Part shown: piece after piece, positions 26,108 to 37,535 of the stretch
Layout: every line of letters starts with the position of its first letter
How positions within the stretch are numbered: the stretch's first letter is position 1
Program-made: the position numbers and the translations under genes
Notes under the pieces: model-generated
The model's database searches: none
What the model was told of the DNA's origin: nothing
Seen by the model: only the letters and a program-made list of their open reading frames with translations
NCBI RefSeq assembly: GCF_041146345.1
Contig: NW_027191409.1
Location: 372,001 to 436,000, forward strand
DNA from: Neodothiora populina
Taxonomy: Eukaryota
DNA: 64,000 nucleotides
Direction of reading: 5' to 3'

Positions 26108-27311
26108 ATGGCCTCGTCATTACGCAAGGCGACTGTCAGGGGATCGCAAGCCTGGGCGAGGGAGGTACGCGGTCAATCACAACAATATCTGCGAAAGCAA
26201 TCGTCGTTTGCACAGCTAGAGCCAGAGATGAAGGCGAGGAAGATCCGCCCTATATTCGATGATATGACGCCTCAGTATTCTTATCGACTGGACACTGCTT
26301 TGGCAGATTTCATGCCCGGTATTAGGTTAGTCACAATTTTCTCAGTATCAGAAACCAAAAGACACATGGGTGGTTGACATCGAACACAACAATAGTCCAC
26401 CAAAGATCTTGGCGGCCCCCGCGAGACATTTGCCACTTCCCATACCTCATCATCTACTCTACTTCGAGCCGGCAAAACCGCCATCTGAGCTTTTGCCTGA
26501 TGGAACGAATCCAGATCAGTCTCCGGGCGAGCCATTTGTCAGGCGCATGTGGGCCGGAGGTGCTGTGCATTACAACACCGCAAACCCGCTGTATATGGAC
26601 AACAGCCGAGGTGTCTGCATCGAAGGTATTAGAGACGTAGCAGTCAAGGGAAAACCTGGAGAAGAAAAGGTCTTTGTTGGCATAGAGCGCAGGATGGCGA
26701 CTATTACTTCAGATGAGCACAAGTGTCTGGCTGCGTGCTCTACGCATCCTGACAAGATTGCTGAGCTGGAAGATAACATCCGAGCTCGGCTATGGATGCC
26801 TAACGATACTGAGTTCGGACCCGCGAGTATCATTGAGCGACGCAACATTGTGTTCATGCGAGAGAGAAGCAGCGAGGAAGCTAAAGCTGCTGTTGAAGCA
26901 TCGCGCAAACCCGGCAAGATGTTGAAGCCACAGCATGAGCCTGATTTCACGCATACACTGGTTCCCGACGCACAGCTTCTCTTCAGATATAGTGCCCTGA
27001 CATTCAACGCTCACTCTATACACCTTGATGCGGGCTACTGCCAACATGTGGAGGGACATCGTCACCTGCTGGTCCACGGCCCGCTATCATTCACTTTACT
27101 GGTGAGTCTGTTGCAAAACCATCTGAAGAGTACTGGCAGCAATGAGGTTGTCAACTACGTCGAGTACAGGAACCTCGCACCACTCTACGCGTATGAGCCA
27201 CTGAAGCTGTGTGGCCGGAAAGCCGAAGCTCCTGGCAGGTGGGATGTCTGGGCTGAAACTCCCGAAGGTGGAATAGCGGTGAAGGGCACCATCAAGACCA
27301 GGACGGCGTGA
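26108..27311 (+). CDS. Hotdog-fold dehydratase/hydratase (HTD2/mesaconyl-C4-CoA hydratase-like), probably mitochondrial, 2 exons (intron ~26326-26395)
   Basis: RRMWAGG, LFRYSALTFNAHSIHLD, LLVHGPL, YRNLAPLY motifs; basic N-terminus MASSLRKATVRGS resembling a presequence. Confidence 0.85.
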
Positions 27312-27639
27312 AAGTCGAGACTACGAAATTCATAATGTATATATCTCAGAAATGTCTAGAAGGACATATTCTCTTTACAATGGAGGCGGAAAGACAAAAT
27401 TTTAACGTGGTTATTCAAGTCGATACACGGTATGCTTTGTGGCTGTCTTTGATTTTGACATACCTGATGACTTGGCTATAATTCGTGACAGCAAGATGGT
27501 AATTATGGGAAATAGTGGAATGAAATAGGGATATGGACCACCATTGTACAAGTATAAAACCTACCATGAATAAGTATGGTGGATGCACATGATCAACATG
27601 GCAGATGATGCTTGGAAAGACGACAAGATAAAGCATCAC

Positions 27640-28736
27640 TTACCCTGCACCAGGGCTGAACCCAGCTGGGGGCTCAGGATACGCACATCCACAGATTGGA
27701 CGCCTGCCACAAAATGGTATCCATGCTTTGTACAGATCAATCTGACGCTTTGCATCGGCAGCCATATCAACGGTCAGTTCTACAGTGGTAGCACGAGTAG
27801 CGGCTTCTATTTCAAGCACTCGCAGCATCCAATATTCAAGGAGGGGTGAGTACCCTTTCACAGGAATAGGCGTCGGTTGTTCGAATGTTGCTTCCTTGGC
27901 CTGAACGTGCGAAAGCGCTGTTTCAGAAAAACCTGAGTGGCTCTTATCGACGACACGCTCGATCTCAAGCTTAGCTGTGGCGTACCAGACATGGCAGTCA
28001 TCGCCCTGGATGTGGGGGGGACATTCTTTCTTCGGTCCCTTCTCTGTCAGCAAATAATGAATGATACTACCAAGAGCCCAGACATCCGCTGCTGTTGAAG
28101 CGATCGGACATTCTGGAGGTTGGAACTTGGGGGTGCCCCCACGATGCTCGTGTGGAGTCAGGTCATTAGTGGCCATTCCGAAGTCAATGATGACAATGTC
28201 ATCGAACAGAGTACCAAAGGGCGCATACTCAATCAGCAGGTTCTCTGGTTTAAGATCTCTATGGAAGATATTGTTGAGATGCAGATGGTGAAGGCCTTCG
28301 GAGATTTGCACCAACACATGCCAGATAAAAGCCTCGGAAATTTGCAACTGAAGGCATGGAAGCGGTGTACAAGGTTAGTAAGATCACCACCGCTGTGCAG
28401 TGGCATGATCAAGCGAAGCGGGGTCTCTTGAAACACTTCTATGATCTCTATGATGCGCGGATGCTTCGGTAGCCTGGTCAGTATGTTAGCTTCATGAAAA
28501 TAATCGACGTGAGGATTAGGCCGTACTATGCTCTTGACAGCGACAGCCTTGTGCGTGTCCATATCATGGTATCGGTCGCAAATCGCCTCACCTCCAGAGC
28601 CTAGTGGCTTTACATATCCGTATTTATCCTCGAATCTTACCACGGAAGAACGTAAATATGGGGTGAAGTCGCCAGCGCCTTCTCCAAGTTGCGTGTTGGA
28701 TGGTGAGTTGATAATGCCTGTTCCGTCGTCGGCCAT
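27640..28736 (-). CDS. Ser/Thr protein kinase (NIMA/Nek-like) with an apparent one-base frameshift near 28340
   Basis: LGSGGEA, VAVK, HPRII, GGDL in ORF 28233-28736; EAFIWHV, HRDLKPEN, DFG, PPE, DVWALG in ORF 27640-28347. Confidence 0.85.
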
Positions 28737-30470
28737 GATCGGCTGTGCCAGCTATAGAGCAAGCAAGCTTGATAAAGACAGAAGAAGGTTACGACACAGC
28801 GAACCCCAATATATACTGACAATCCAAAAAAGATCGAGTCGAATGGGTCAGACATGCTAGTCTTTGTTCTGTTGAGCTGTCTTTGTGGATGTAGAGAAAG
28901 ACTCGCACCCGCACTGAACAATGGGCCTTTCTTTGCAGCTGGCACAGGACAGATATCTTTAATGCGAACATTGTTTGACACTTGCCGCCGCAGTCTGACC
29001 ACAGTCGATCACAGCCAGAGGGGCTGCTGAAGATTTAGCAGAATGTGTTCCATGGATGACTACTTGATCGATACGTAAGGTATATAGTAAAGACAAAAAG
29101 ACGAGAGGTGTGGGTCAGATCGATCAGCAGTTTTATATTCGGAGCTACCTCCGTACCTCGATTGATCTTCCATTCCGTGATCTTTACTTAAAGCCAGACC
29201 AAGTATCGCAGCCTGGCCAGTGAACTTGACACTACTCATTATTCCAAGCTCAGGGATCCGGTTTACGAGGTGCTAAGGAGCAACAAGAGCCGGAGCGCGT
29301 GAATCGTCTATCGATTGTAGTTGCAATAAGGACGACTGAGCGAGACCTTATTCCTTATCGCACGACACAGGGCGGAGAACAGTTGGCCCGTGTGGTTTCA
29401 CGGTACTTGACGAACGTGCTGCCAAGTCTGCAGTGAAGTAAGTTTGACGTAAGGAAGGTGAAGTGGAAGGCATCGATCGCGCTGCTCCTCAGGACAAGGA
29501 AGGAACAATAGCAGAAGTCGATCCATGCTAACACTCTTCAGTCCTGTGCATGTAGAAAGGATCGGATCACGGCGGGACTGATTGCCCCAATACTGTACCA
29601 TTATAGTAGGTATTTCTCAATATTGCTATTGGCGGTGGTGTGATGGGAAAAGCACAAGTGTGGTGGGAATGACGTTGATCGTCTGGGGTTTCTCGGCACC
29701 TCGAGCTGGCTGGCAGGCTTGGGGAAGAGGCCTGAAGAAAATCGAAGATGAGTGGGACTTTTTTAGATGCAAAATCAATGCACCCACTCTACGGAACATT
29801 TGCGCATCGTCACGGACATATACCGTAAGGCACTCCCGGTAGATGCGCGTGATTTCAAAACGACTAGACCGACTACCCCTGGACATAGGCCGACCGCTCA
29901 CTCCCGCGCGTGTGCACAGAGACAGAGACGCCCAAAAGCAGGCAGAGAGATTCGACATCCATTAGCTGCGGAGTCATTATTGCCCGATCTTCGACCTCAC
30001 CTGAACCAGACCACTGCACCTGCCTTTACCACCAGTGATTATTGCTGTCGCTCCTGCCATTCAACAGAGTTTTACCCAGAGACTTCCTGAGCGGGAACCA
30101 CAATGCAAGTTTGAGTCGCGATTCGCTTTTTGTCGTCGACAATGGAGACAGTCTAGAAACCTGAATGAGCTTTCCGGTGTATTCAACTTCAGCTTCGCCC
30201 ATATATCTTGTCATCCGTTTCGCTACCTCTTCCCCTCCTGTTCCCGACCTTCCGTGCGCGTGAAAGACGAGGCTCAAACCGAGTCGCCATAAACCGTCTG
30301 ACAAAATCAAGCTACCTTACTCCGAGATACATCGTCTTTTCCCCGGCACTGGCCTGGCTGCCTTGACGCCAACCTTGATCGCATATACTAACATTATCTC
30401 CGTCTCATCCGTCGAGCGACTCTGGGGGGAGAATCTTACCGTCCCAAAGATCTGAAGGAGACACCGCAAT

Positions 30471-32989
30471 ATGCAGACCCAGCCTCGCACACGGAAGCGC
30501 GCAGCTCCAGGCGCATCGCCCGACTTGCAGCAGGACGTTGGCGCGCAGCCCTTTCAATACCAGGCAATGCAGGATTCGCCCTTCAATACTGATCCCATGG
30601 CCAACTATCCCCCAAATCCATATGACGGGTTGAACACTCTGGATCCTAGTTTTTACAATACACCGGCCTTGCACAGCAATCAATCCCAGGCCTTCGCGAC
30701 GAATGGCGCCGCTGCTTCGGGCTCGACAAATCCATCCAACCAGCTCGTGCGTCGCGATACCAACCAGCAATTAGCGACAAGGAACCCTCAGCGAAACCAG
30801 TGGAACAACTACAACGACCAGCGACTTTCCTCCGAGAGCAGGGTATGGGAGAACATGGAAGAGGATGGAGAGCAAGACATCGACACAAAGGCCGCCATGG
30901 CAAAGAAGGACGCCCAAGCTAAGCGCAAACAAATCCCCCCTTTGTCCAAAAACTTAGCAGCTTTTTGGACTCTTCCAACAACACCGACCTCATTCGCTGG
31001 TCCAATGATGGCAACTCCTTTATTGTTCTGGATGAAGATGAGTTTGCTCGCACCCTGATTCCGGAACTGTTCAAGCACAACAATTACGCTTCCTTCGTGC
31101 GCCAGCTCAACATGTATGGTTTCCACAAGAAAGTCGGCCTGAACGCAAATTCAATGAAGGCGGCAGAGAAAAAAGTCAAGGATCCCAACGTGTACTGGCA
31201 CGAATACTTCAAACGTGGTCGGCCTGATCTCCTGTGGTTGATTCAAAAGCCGCAGAGCAAGACCAATGCTGCCAAGCGGAAGCGCAACGAACACGACAAG
31301 AGAGACCCGAACGACAGCGAGGACGATGTTCGAAGGACCTCGCCCGAGCTTGTTGATTCGAGTCATGTGACAAAACCCCAGCGAGCAGGGCAAGGTGAAT
31401 TGATGGTATCTATTCCTCAATCCGAACTGCACAATGTTCGATCCGAGTTGCAGAAGCTGCAACGGCAGCAGGGTGTCATATCGAAGATGATAAGCCAGCT
31501 CAAAGAGCAAAACGAACAGTTCTACAGACAAGCAACTGCCTTCCAGGCCTTGCACGACCGGCATGAAAACTCGATCAACGCCATTCTGACTTTTCTCGCC
31601 ACATTTTACAATCGGAGTCTAGACGGCCAGAACCCGCAGAACCTGGTCAACATGTTTCAGAACTCAGTGCAACAGAACCAACACCAGGGTAGCGTCGTGG
31701 ACGTTGGTGACTTGCCCGAGGCGAACATTGACAACAACCAGCAACTCCAGAGATATCCAAAGCGACCCCTGGCTCTCTTACCACCTCCTCACACTGGTTC
31801 CACTCCTTCTACTAATCCCGCTTCCGCTCGATCCTCGATGAGCCCGTCAATGCGGCAGCGATCGAATTTGTCTGTACCAAGCGCTCTTCCCCCGCAACAA
31901 CACCAGCAGCAGGCCCAGCAACCGCAACAGCAGCAACAGCAGCGTCAAGCACCAAGAGCTAGTTCAACGCCACATGTGAAGAACGATGCCGAGACGCCCA
32001 ACTACCTTTCTCAGCTGCCCGAGGATGATATGATCTCGCTTCTCAACAATGTCAACGCCTCCAACAGTGCCTCTCCAAACCTACCTGGCGGGTCTAATTT
32101 CGACTTTTCTTCCGCCTTGGACCATTTCCAGACTGCAAACGGCGCCTCACCACTTACGCAACAGCAACGCGACAGTATGCTTTCTTTGATCGCACAACAA
32201 GGTCAACCGTCAACTTCCCGGCCTGGCGCCAATAATGCTTTGGTCGCGCCCACGCCACCACCGATGCCAAGTCTGGACCAATTGGCCCGCACGCAAGAAC
32301 AGCTAGACATGCTGACCCGTCTCCAACAAGACCAAGACTCGAAGGTGGCGGATCTAGCAGGTCGCCTCCAGCCGCTGAGTCCAAGCGGCACGATACCAGG
32401 GATGGGCGGACCCGGCGATCCAGGCGACTTTGACATCAATGCGTTTATTAACAGTGACGACAACTACTTCAATCAATTTCCTAGCACTGGAGGCAGCACG
32501 AACGTGACAGGAGGCGACATGAGCAATACCGCTCAGTCAGGCACTGCACGAATGGGCACCGCCGATGACGAATTGGGCGGCGGCGGCGCAGGCGACATTG
32601 ATTTCAGCAATCTGGGAGACGCGTCTACGTGGAACTTTGACGCCGGCGGCAATGCTCTGAGCGGCGACACTGATGATCTCTTTGGCGAGTACGGCACTTC
32701 GGGGGGTGACGACGACACGACCAGCAATGCGGCAGGGGTAGGTGGGGGCGGGGTGGGGAGCGGAGCGGCGTCGTCAGCGGACATTAGCGACAGCAGAGCA
32801 GAAGACGACATGCGCGATGGTAGAGGTCGCATAGTGGGAAGTGTCACGAGCGAAGAAACGTCGCCTGCTGCTGCTGGATTCAGTGCTGGCGATGATCTTG
32901 CTTCTGTCGCTGCAGCAGGAGAAGGCGGCGGTATCGCTCAGTCTGTCGAGGGCGACACGCCTGGCAAGAAGAGGAAAGTGCAACGATGA
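30471..32989 (+). CDS. HSF1: Heat shock transcription factor with an apparent one-base frameshift at ~30935-30943
   Basis: KRKQIPP then, in the -1 frame, FVQKLSSFLD..LIRWS..FKHNNYASFVRQLNMYGFHK (HSF DNA-binding domain), followed by a heptad coiled coil. Confidence 0.9.
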
Positions 32990-33406
32990 TGTCTTTCTTT
33001 TCTGGCCTGACCTCCTTGAAGACGGGGGCGCAGGGTATCATGTTTACCTCGAGTACAAATTGATAATACAGATAAGAGTAAAAGAAGGAAGATGATAGAA
33101 AGGGCAAGATGAACAGAGCTTGACGAGGGGCTTGTCCTTCTCGTGCGATCTGATGGGAGACCGAGCGCGGTGATGGTGGTATTGGTGGTTCAAGATTCGC
33201 ATGAGGATACATGGATGCAGAAAGTTCTCCCCACCTTCCTTTCTTGATTCTGTTGCAGGAGTAATAGAATGAACGAAATCACAAATGAATCCCTACTACA
33301 TCTTTGTTTCTCCAACTTGGACTTCTTCGAACGTAGATGGGGGGTATCAATTCTCCGCACTATATATACATGCATTTTCTTTCTTTTACTTTCGTTTCTC
33401 CCGCAG

Positions 33407-34879
33407 CTATAAGAACTCGACTTCGCTCCGCCACGCATCCTCGCCAACACGTCTGAACTCGACTCCCTGACCAAAGTAGCCGGCGTCGTTCCACGCGCGC
33501 ATGGTTTGAGCATCATAGGAGCCATAAGACTTGCCTTCCGGATCACGACCGTCGGCCCATCTATATTCCCATTGAGCTTCTGGTTGATCATTTGTGCGGT
33601 TATTGTTATGATCATCAGAAGTAGCAATGGGTTCTGAGGCAGAAGCGGAAGGAACCCAGTCGTCGCCCGTTTCGCGCTTGTATGCGCGCATAAGGACTTC
33701 TCTTTCCTTGTCGTATATGTCCTGTTGGTCGCGCGAGAAGAGGGCGTCGGCGGCACCGGTGATTTCTTCTACGATTGCTTTTCTGCGGGTTTCGGCGGGG
33801 TCTTCTTTTTGTTCTTCCTTTGTTTCGGTGCCGTCAATGTCCATTGTGTCGTTGTCGTCGTTTGTCTTTTGTTGCTTCTTTTGTTTCCATTTCGGGACCT
33901 TTTTGGGCTTGGCTTTTGGTTTGGCTTGGGACTGTAGGCGTTGCAGGGCTTCCAGCACGGTTTCTCCGACTTCGAGGTGAGAGATGAGGGTGCTGAGGAG
34001 GTCGGAATTGAGCAAGGCGTCGTCGGCGGCGAGTTTCTCCCTGCGTAGGGCGTCGCGCTTCTCTTGCGCTTCTCGCGCCTTCTTCATGTCCTTCTTGCCG
34101 AGTCCGTCCATCCAGGCATCGTGGACGGCGTCTGGATCGGCGGCTTTGCGGATGAAGTTGCCGGACTCGTCGAATCTACCTTCTTGCCCTTCCTGCTCCA
34201 TATTGAAGGCGTCGAGTTTCGGGGCGTGTTTCTTCTTGCTGCCGGCGCCCAGCTCGGCGGCGTCTCGGTCGTCGTCGACTTCGAGAGTGTCCAGTCGGTC
34301 TCTTTCTTCGTCGTCGCCGGATTCGCTGCTGCTCTCGCCGGAGACGTCTTCTCTTTGCTTGCCCTTGTCCAGATGGTTGATGAGGTTAAAGTCGGCGGAA
34401 ACATGGCCGCCGGACTTGGAAGAGTGGACCTGGCCCTCGATTTCGTTGATCTCCATGAACCGCACTGCTTTCTTGCTGCCTTTCTTGCCCTCTCGTGACA
34501 CTTCTTCGTCGTCGTCACCGTCGCCTTGTGCGCCACCTGCCTGGCCTTCATCCATGTCGGCGAACATGTCCAGTTCTTCCTCATCTTTACTCGCCGCCGC
34601 AGGTGCTGTGCTCTGCTTGGCTAGGCGGGCTTTCTCTTCTGCTCTTGTGTCAAAGTTCTCTTCGCTGCTGTCTGTGTCGTACCCGTCTAGCTTGACGGCA
34701 TTGCGCTTGGTCTGCTGGCCTCCTTTGCCAATCTCGTCCAGCTCTAGAATGGCATCTTCCTCTGACGCATCGGGTGCTAGGGTGGAGGGATTGCGGTAGT
34801 CGAATCGCGGTTTCTTAATGGAGCTCGACGAGTCTGGTTGGTAGCGGGCGTGCGCCTCGGCGTGTCGTTTGCCTGTCAT
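33407..34879 (-). CDS. LIN1: LIN1/CD2BP2 (U5-52K)-like protein with C-terminal GYF domain
   Basis: AFNMEQEGQEGRFDESGNFIR, LEVGETVLEALQRL, C-terminal WEYRW..YGSYDAQTMRAWNDAGYF. Confidence 0.85.
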   Translation of the reverse strand: MTGKRHAEAHARYQPDSSSSIKKPRFDYRNPSTLAPDASEEDAILELDEIGKGGQQTKRNAVKLDGYDTDSSEENFDTRAEEKARLAKQSTAPAAASKDEEELDMFADMDEGQAGGAQGDGDDDEEVSREGKKGSKKAVRFMEINEIEGQVHSSKSGGHVSADFNLINHLDKGKQREDVSGESSSESGDDEERDRLDTLEVDDDRDAAELGAGSKKKHAPKLDAFNMEQEGQEGRFDESGNFIRKAADPDAVHDAWMDGLGKKDMKKAREAQEKRDALRREKLAADDALLNSDLLSTLISHLEVGETVLEALQRLQSQAKPKAKPKKVPKWKQKKQQKTNDDNDTMDIDGTETKEEQKEDPAETRRKAIVEEITGAADALFSRDQQDIYDKEREVLMRAYKRETGDDWVPSASASEPIATSDDHNNNRTNDQPEAQWEYRWADGRDPEGKSYGSYDAQTMRAWNDAGYFGQGVEFRRVGEDAWRSEVEFL

Positions 34880-35314
34880 TTTTGGTCTGATTCACGCCAT
34901 ACAAGATTTAAAGGAAAGGTATGGGCGAGGTGGGCGACTGAGGTTATTGAAGAGAGAATGGGTAGCGTGGATTCCATTATATGTTTTGCCTTTGGCGGGA
35001 GCTTCTCTCTTTCTGCGGAGGCGGGAGCTTCACATTCGTCATTCGTCATTGCTTGTGACGCTGGATTTATAACACTCTATCAATCAATCTATATCAGTCT
35101 ATCTATGTCTGTCAATCAGTCACTCACTCACCCTCTACTGCCATAACAACCCCTTTTGTCCTCACCTTTCTGATAATCTCACCTACTTTAGAACAAGTCG
35201 AGGAAGGAACCACAACAGAACAACCTGCTCAGAAAAGCTATCTTAGCTAGCTAGCTGCCTATAACAAAGCAGCATCTTGTGTCTAAATTGTCACTTCACA
35301 CTTCTGCTGCAATA

Positions 35315-35401
35315 ATGGTATGATCAAATCCCCCTCTATTTCTCTTCTCATCCAAGATCATCACGAAAGAGATACAACCAATTCCCACCACCTGCGTTCA
35401 C

Positions 35402-35439
<38 letters not shown>

Positions 35440-36651
35440 ACACGCACCCCATGTCCACAGTACCGACCAAACGCCTTCTACGATGAGGATCCCATGGGCA
35501 TGTATCAACGGGCCATGATGTCGCGCGGCGGCAGAGCACGCCGCTTCGACGAGTATTACCGCTGCTATCCTGTCGCCATGATGCCCGGTCCCGAGCGTGA
35601 TGCCGCCAACCACGGTGGCAAGATCTTCCTGCCCGCTTCCGCTCTCGACAAACTCACCACGCTACACATTTCCTATCCCATGCTGTTTGAGCTCATCAAC
35701 GGGAGTGTCACGAATGAAGACGGTCAGCCCAAGAAGACGCATAGTGGTGTCTTGGAGTTCATCGCCGAGGAAGGTCGATGTTACCTGCCGTTCTGGGTAG
35801 GACGCTCTTTGCCTTTTGTGTTTCGTGCTTTCCACTGACCCGACGACTTTTCCTTTGTACAGCTCATGCAGATCCTCTCCATAGAGCCTGGCGACCTCCT
35901 GCAAGTCAAGTCTACCGATCTGTCCCCCGGCAACTTCATCAAACTCCAGCCCCAATCCCCCGACTTTCTCGACATTTCCGACCCCAAGGCCGTGCTCGAG
36001 AACGTCTTCCGCTCCTACTCCTGCCTCACCGTCGGCGATGTTTTCACTTTCAGCTACAACGACCACGTCTACGAAATCGCCGTCCTCGAAGTCAAACCCG
36101 ACGACGGCGTCAAACGTGCAATCAGTGTGCAAGAAACAGATCTCTCAGTCGACTTCGCCACGCCCGTAGGCTACAAAGAGCCAGAGCGAGTGAGCGGGAC
36201 GAGCACCCCCAGGTCCGTCGGAGGCATGGGAGGAGTAATGCACGGAGGCCAGGGTACAATGGCACAATCCATCAACTACGACTCGATCAAACCCAGCAGT
36301 TCCCAAGCAGCCACAGGCCATGCCTACGCCGCCTCGCACTTCACCACGGCAGGCCACAGACTCGTTGCCAAAAAGGGCGGCAGCAAGACAGCCTCTCCGG
36401 CTCCCGGAACCCCAGTATCATCAGGCACGCCCGTAGCCGGCCAGAGCGTGAATATCGGCCCTTCGGCAAAGACATCAAGCAAGAGAAGAAACGGGCCTCA
36501 GCCGCTGAGATTACCGCCCAACAAGCTGTTCTTCGGCTACGAGATCAAGCCCAAGCCCAGCAAAAAGGACGAGAACGCAGAACAAAAAGAGAGCGTGCAT
36601 TTCTCCGGCGAAGGCCAGACGTTGAGGAAGAAGAAGGGTGATGGGAAGTGA
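35315..36651 (+). CDS. UFD1: Ubiquitin fusion degradation protein 1; ATG-only first exon, introns ~35318-35460 and ~35798-35862
   Basis: YYRCYPVAMM, GGKIFLPASAL, THSGVLEFIAEEG, FLDISDPKAVLE, C-terminal FSGEGQTL (SHP box). Confidence 0.95.
35402..35437. repeat. (GCTT)n microsatellite in UFD1 intron 1
   Basis: about nine GCTT units. Confidence 0.9.
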
Positions 36652-36903
36652 GAGAATTTTTGTTTCTCTTCTTTCTCTATTTTTTTCTTCCCATTGCTGT
36701 TTCGCTCCTGCATTCAATAAATATCACATGATCATCATGATCGGAGGAAGGCGCAAAGGGAGTAACAACGGCGTTTCCTGGTATCTTTCTGGTGTAGTCT
36801 CATCATACAAAATTGAAATCGGTCAATGCATACCGAGAAAACATTCTATATCATCATCGACAAAGACAGGCGCAAATGATGCATTTTCCCATGGCGTTGC
36901 TTG

Positions 36904-36905
<2 letters not shown>

Positions 36906-36972
<67 letters not shown>
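36906..36972. repeat. (CT)n microsatellite
   Basis: about 33 CT units with one interruption. Confidence 0.95.
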
Positions 36973-36973
<1 letters not shown>

Positions 36974-37535
36974 TCTCGTCTGGTCTGTTGCTTGGTGCGT
37001 AGAAAGTGGAAGTTGAGAAAATAAAGGCACTGTAGACATAATCTCTGAATCATCAAGTCGAATGAAACCAACGCTCGTCCCCTTTCAGTGAAAGTCCCCA
37101 TGTCCTGAATTACTCTTGCAGGAGAGGCTAGCAAAACCCAAGGGCGCGGCAGGGTTGCGTGGTATACTGCAAAAAGGGCTTGCTTGCTTGGATGTAGATG
37201 CAACGGTACAAGTATGATGAATTAGAACAAGTATCACCATTTCACAACTATTTATATTCGTCTATTTCTGTTTACCTGCCTTCCTCTCCTTTCCTGCTTT
37301 TCTACTTTCCTTTCCTAGCTGTGACTTATCGGCCGACATGGACATTAAAGAAATTGGGGATGTAAAGTAATACTAGAAGGAGCAGTGATGAAAGAAGTGA
37401 ACAATAGAAGAACGATGAAGATTTACGATGCGCATATGTACCATTTAAACAATAAGGGGAATGGAAGAACAACGACAATGGACGAGCGAAGAGAACAAAC
37501 AATCAGGCAAATAACGCATGCGATGAACGAGAAAA

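Noticed and set aside
36638..37203. ORFs with SLSLSL or REREER runs
   Set aside because: Translations of the (CT)n microsatellite
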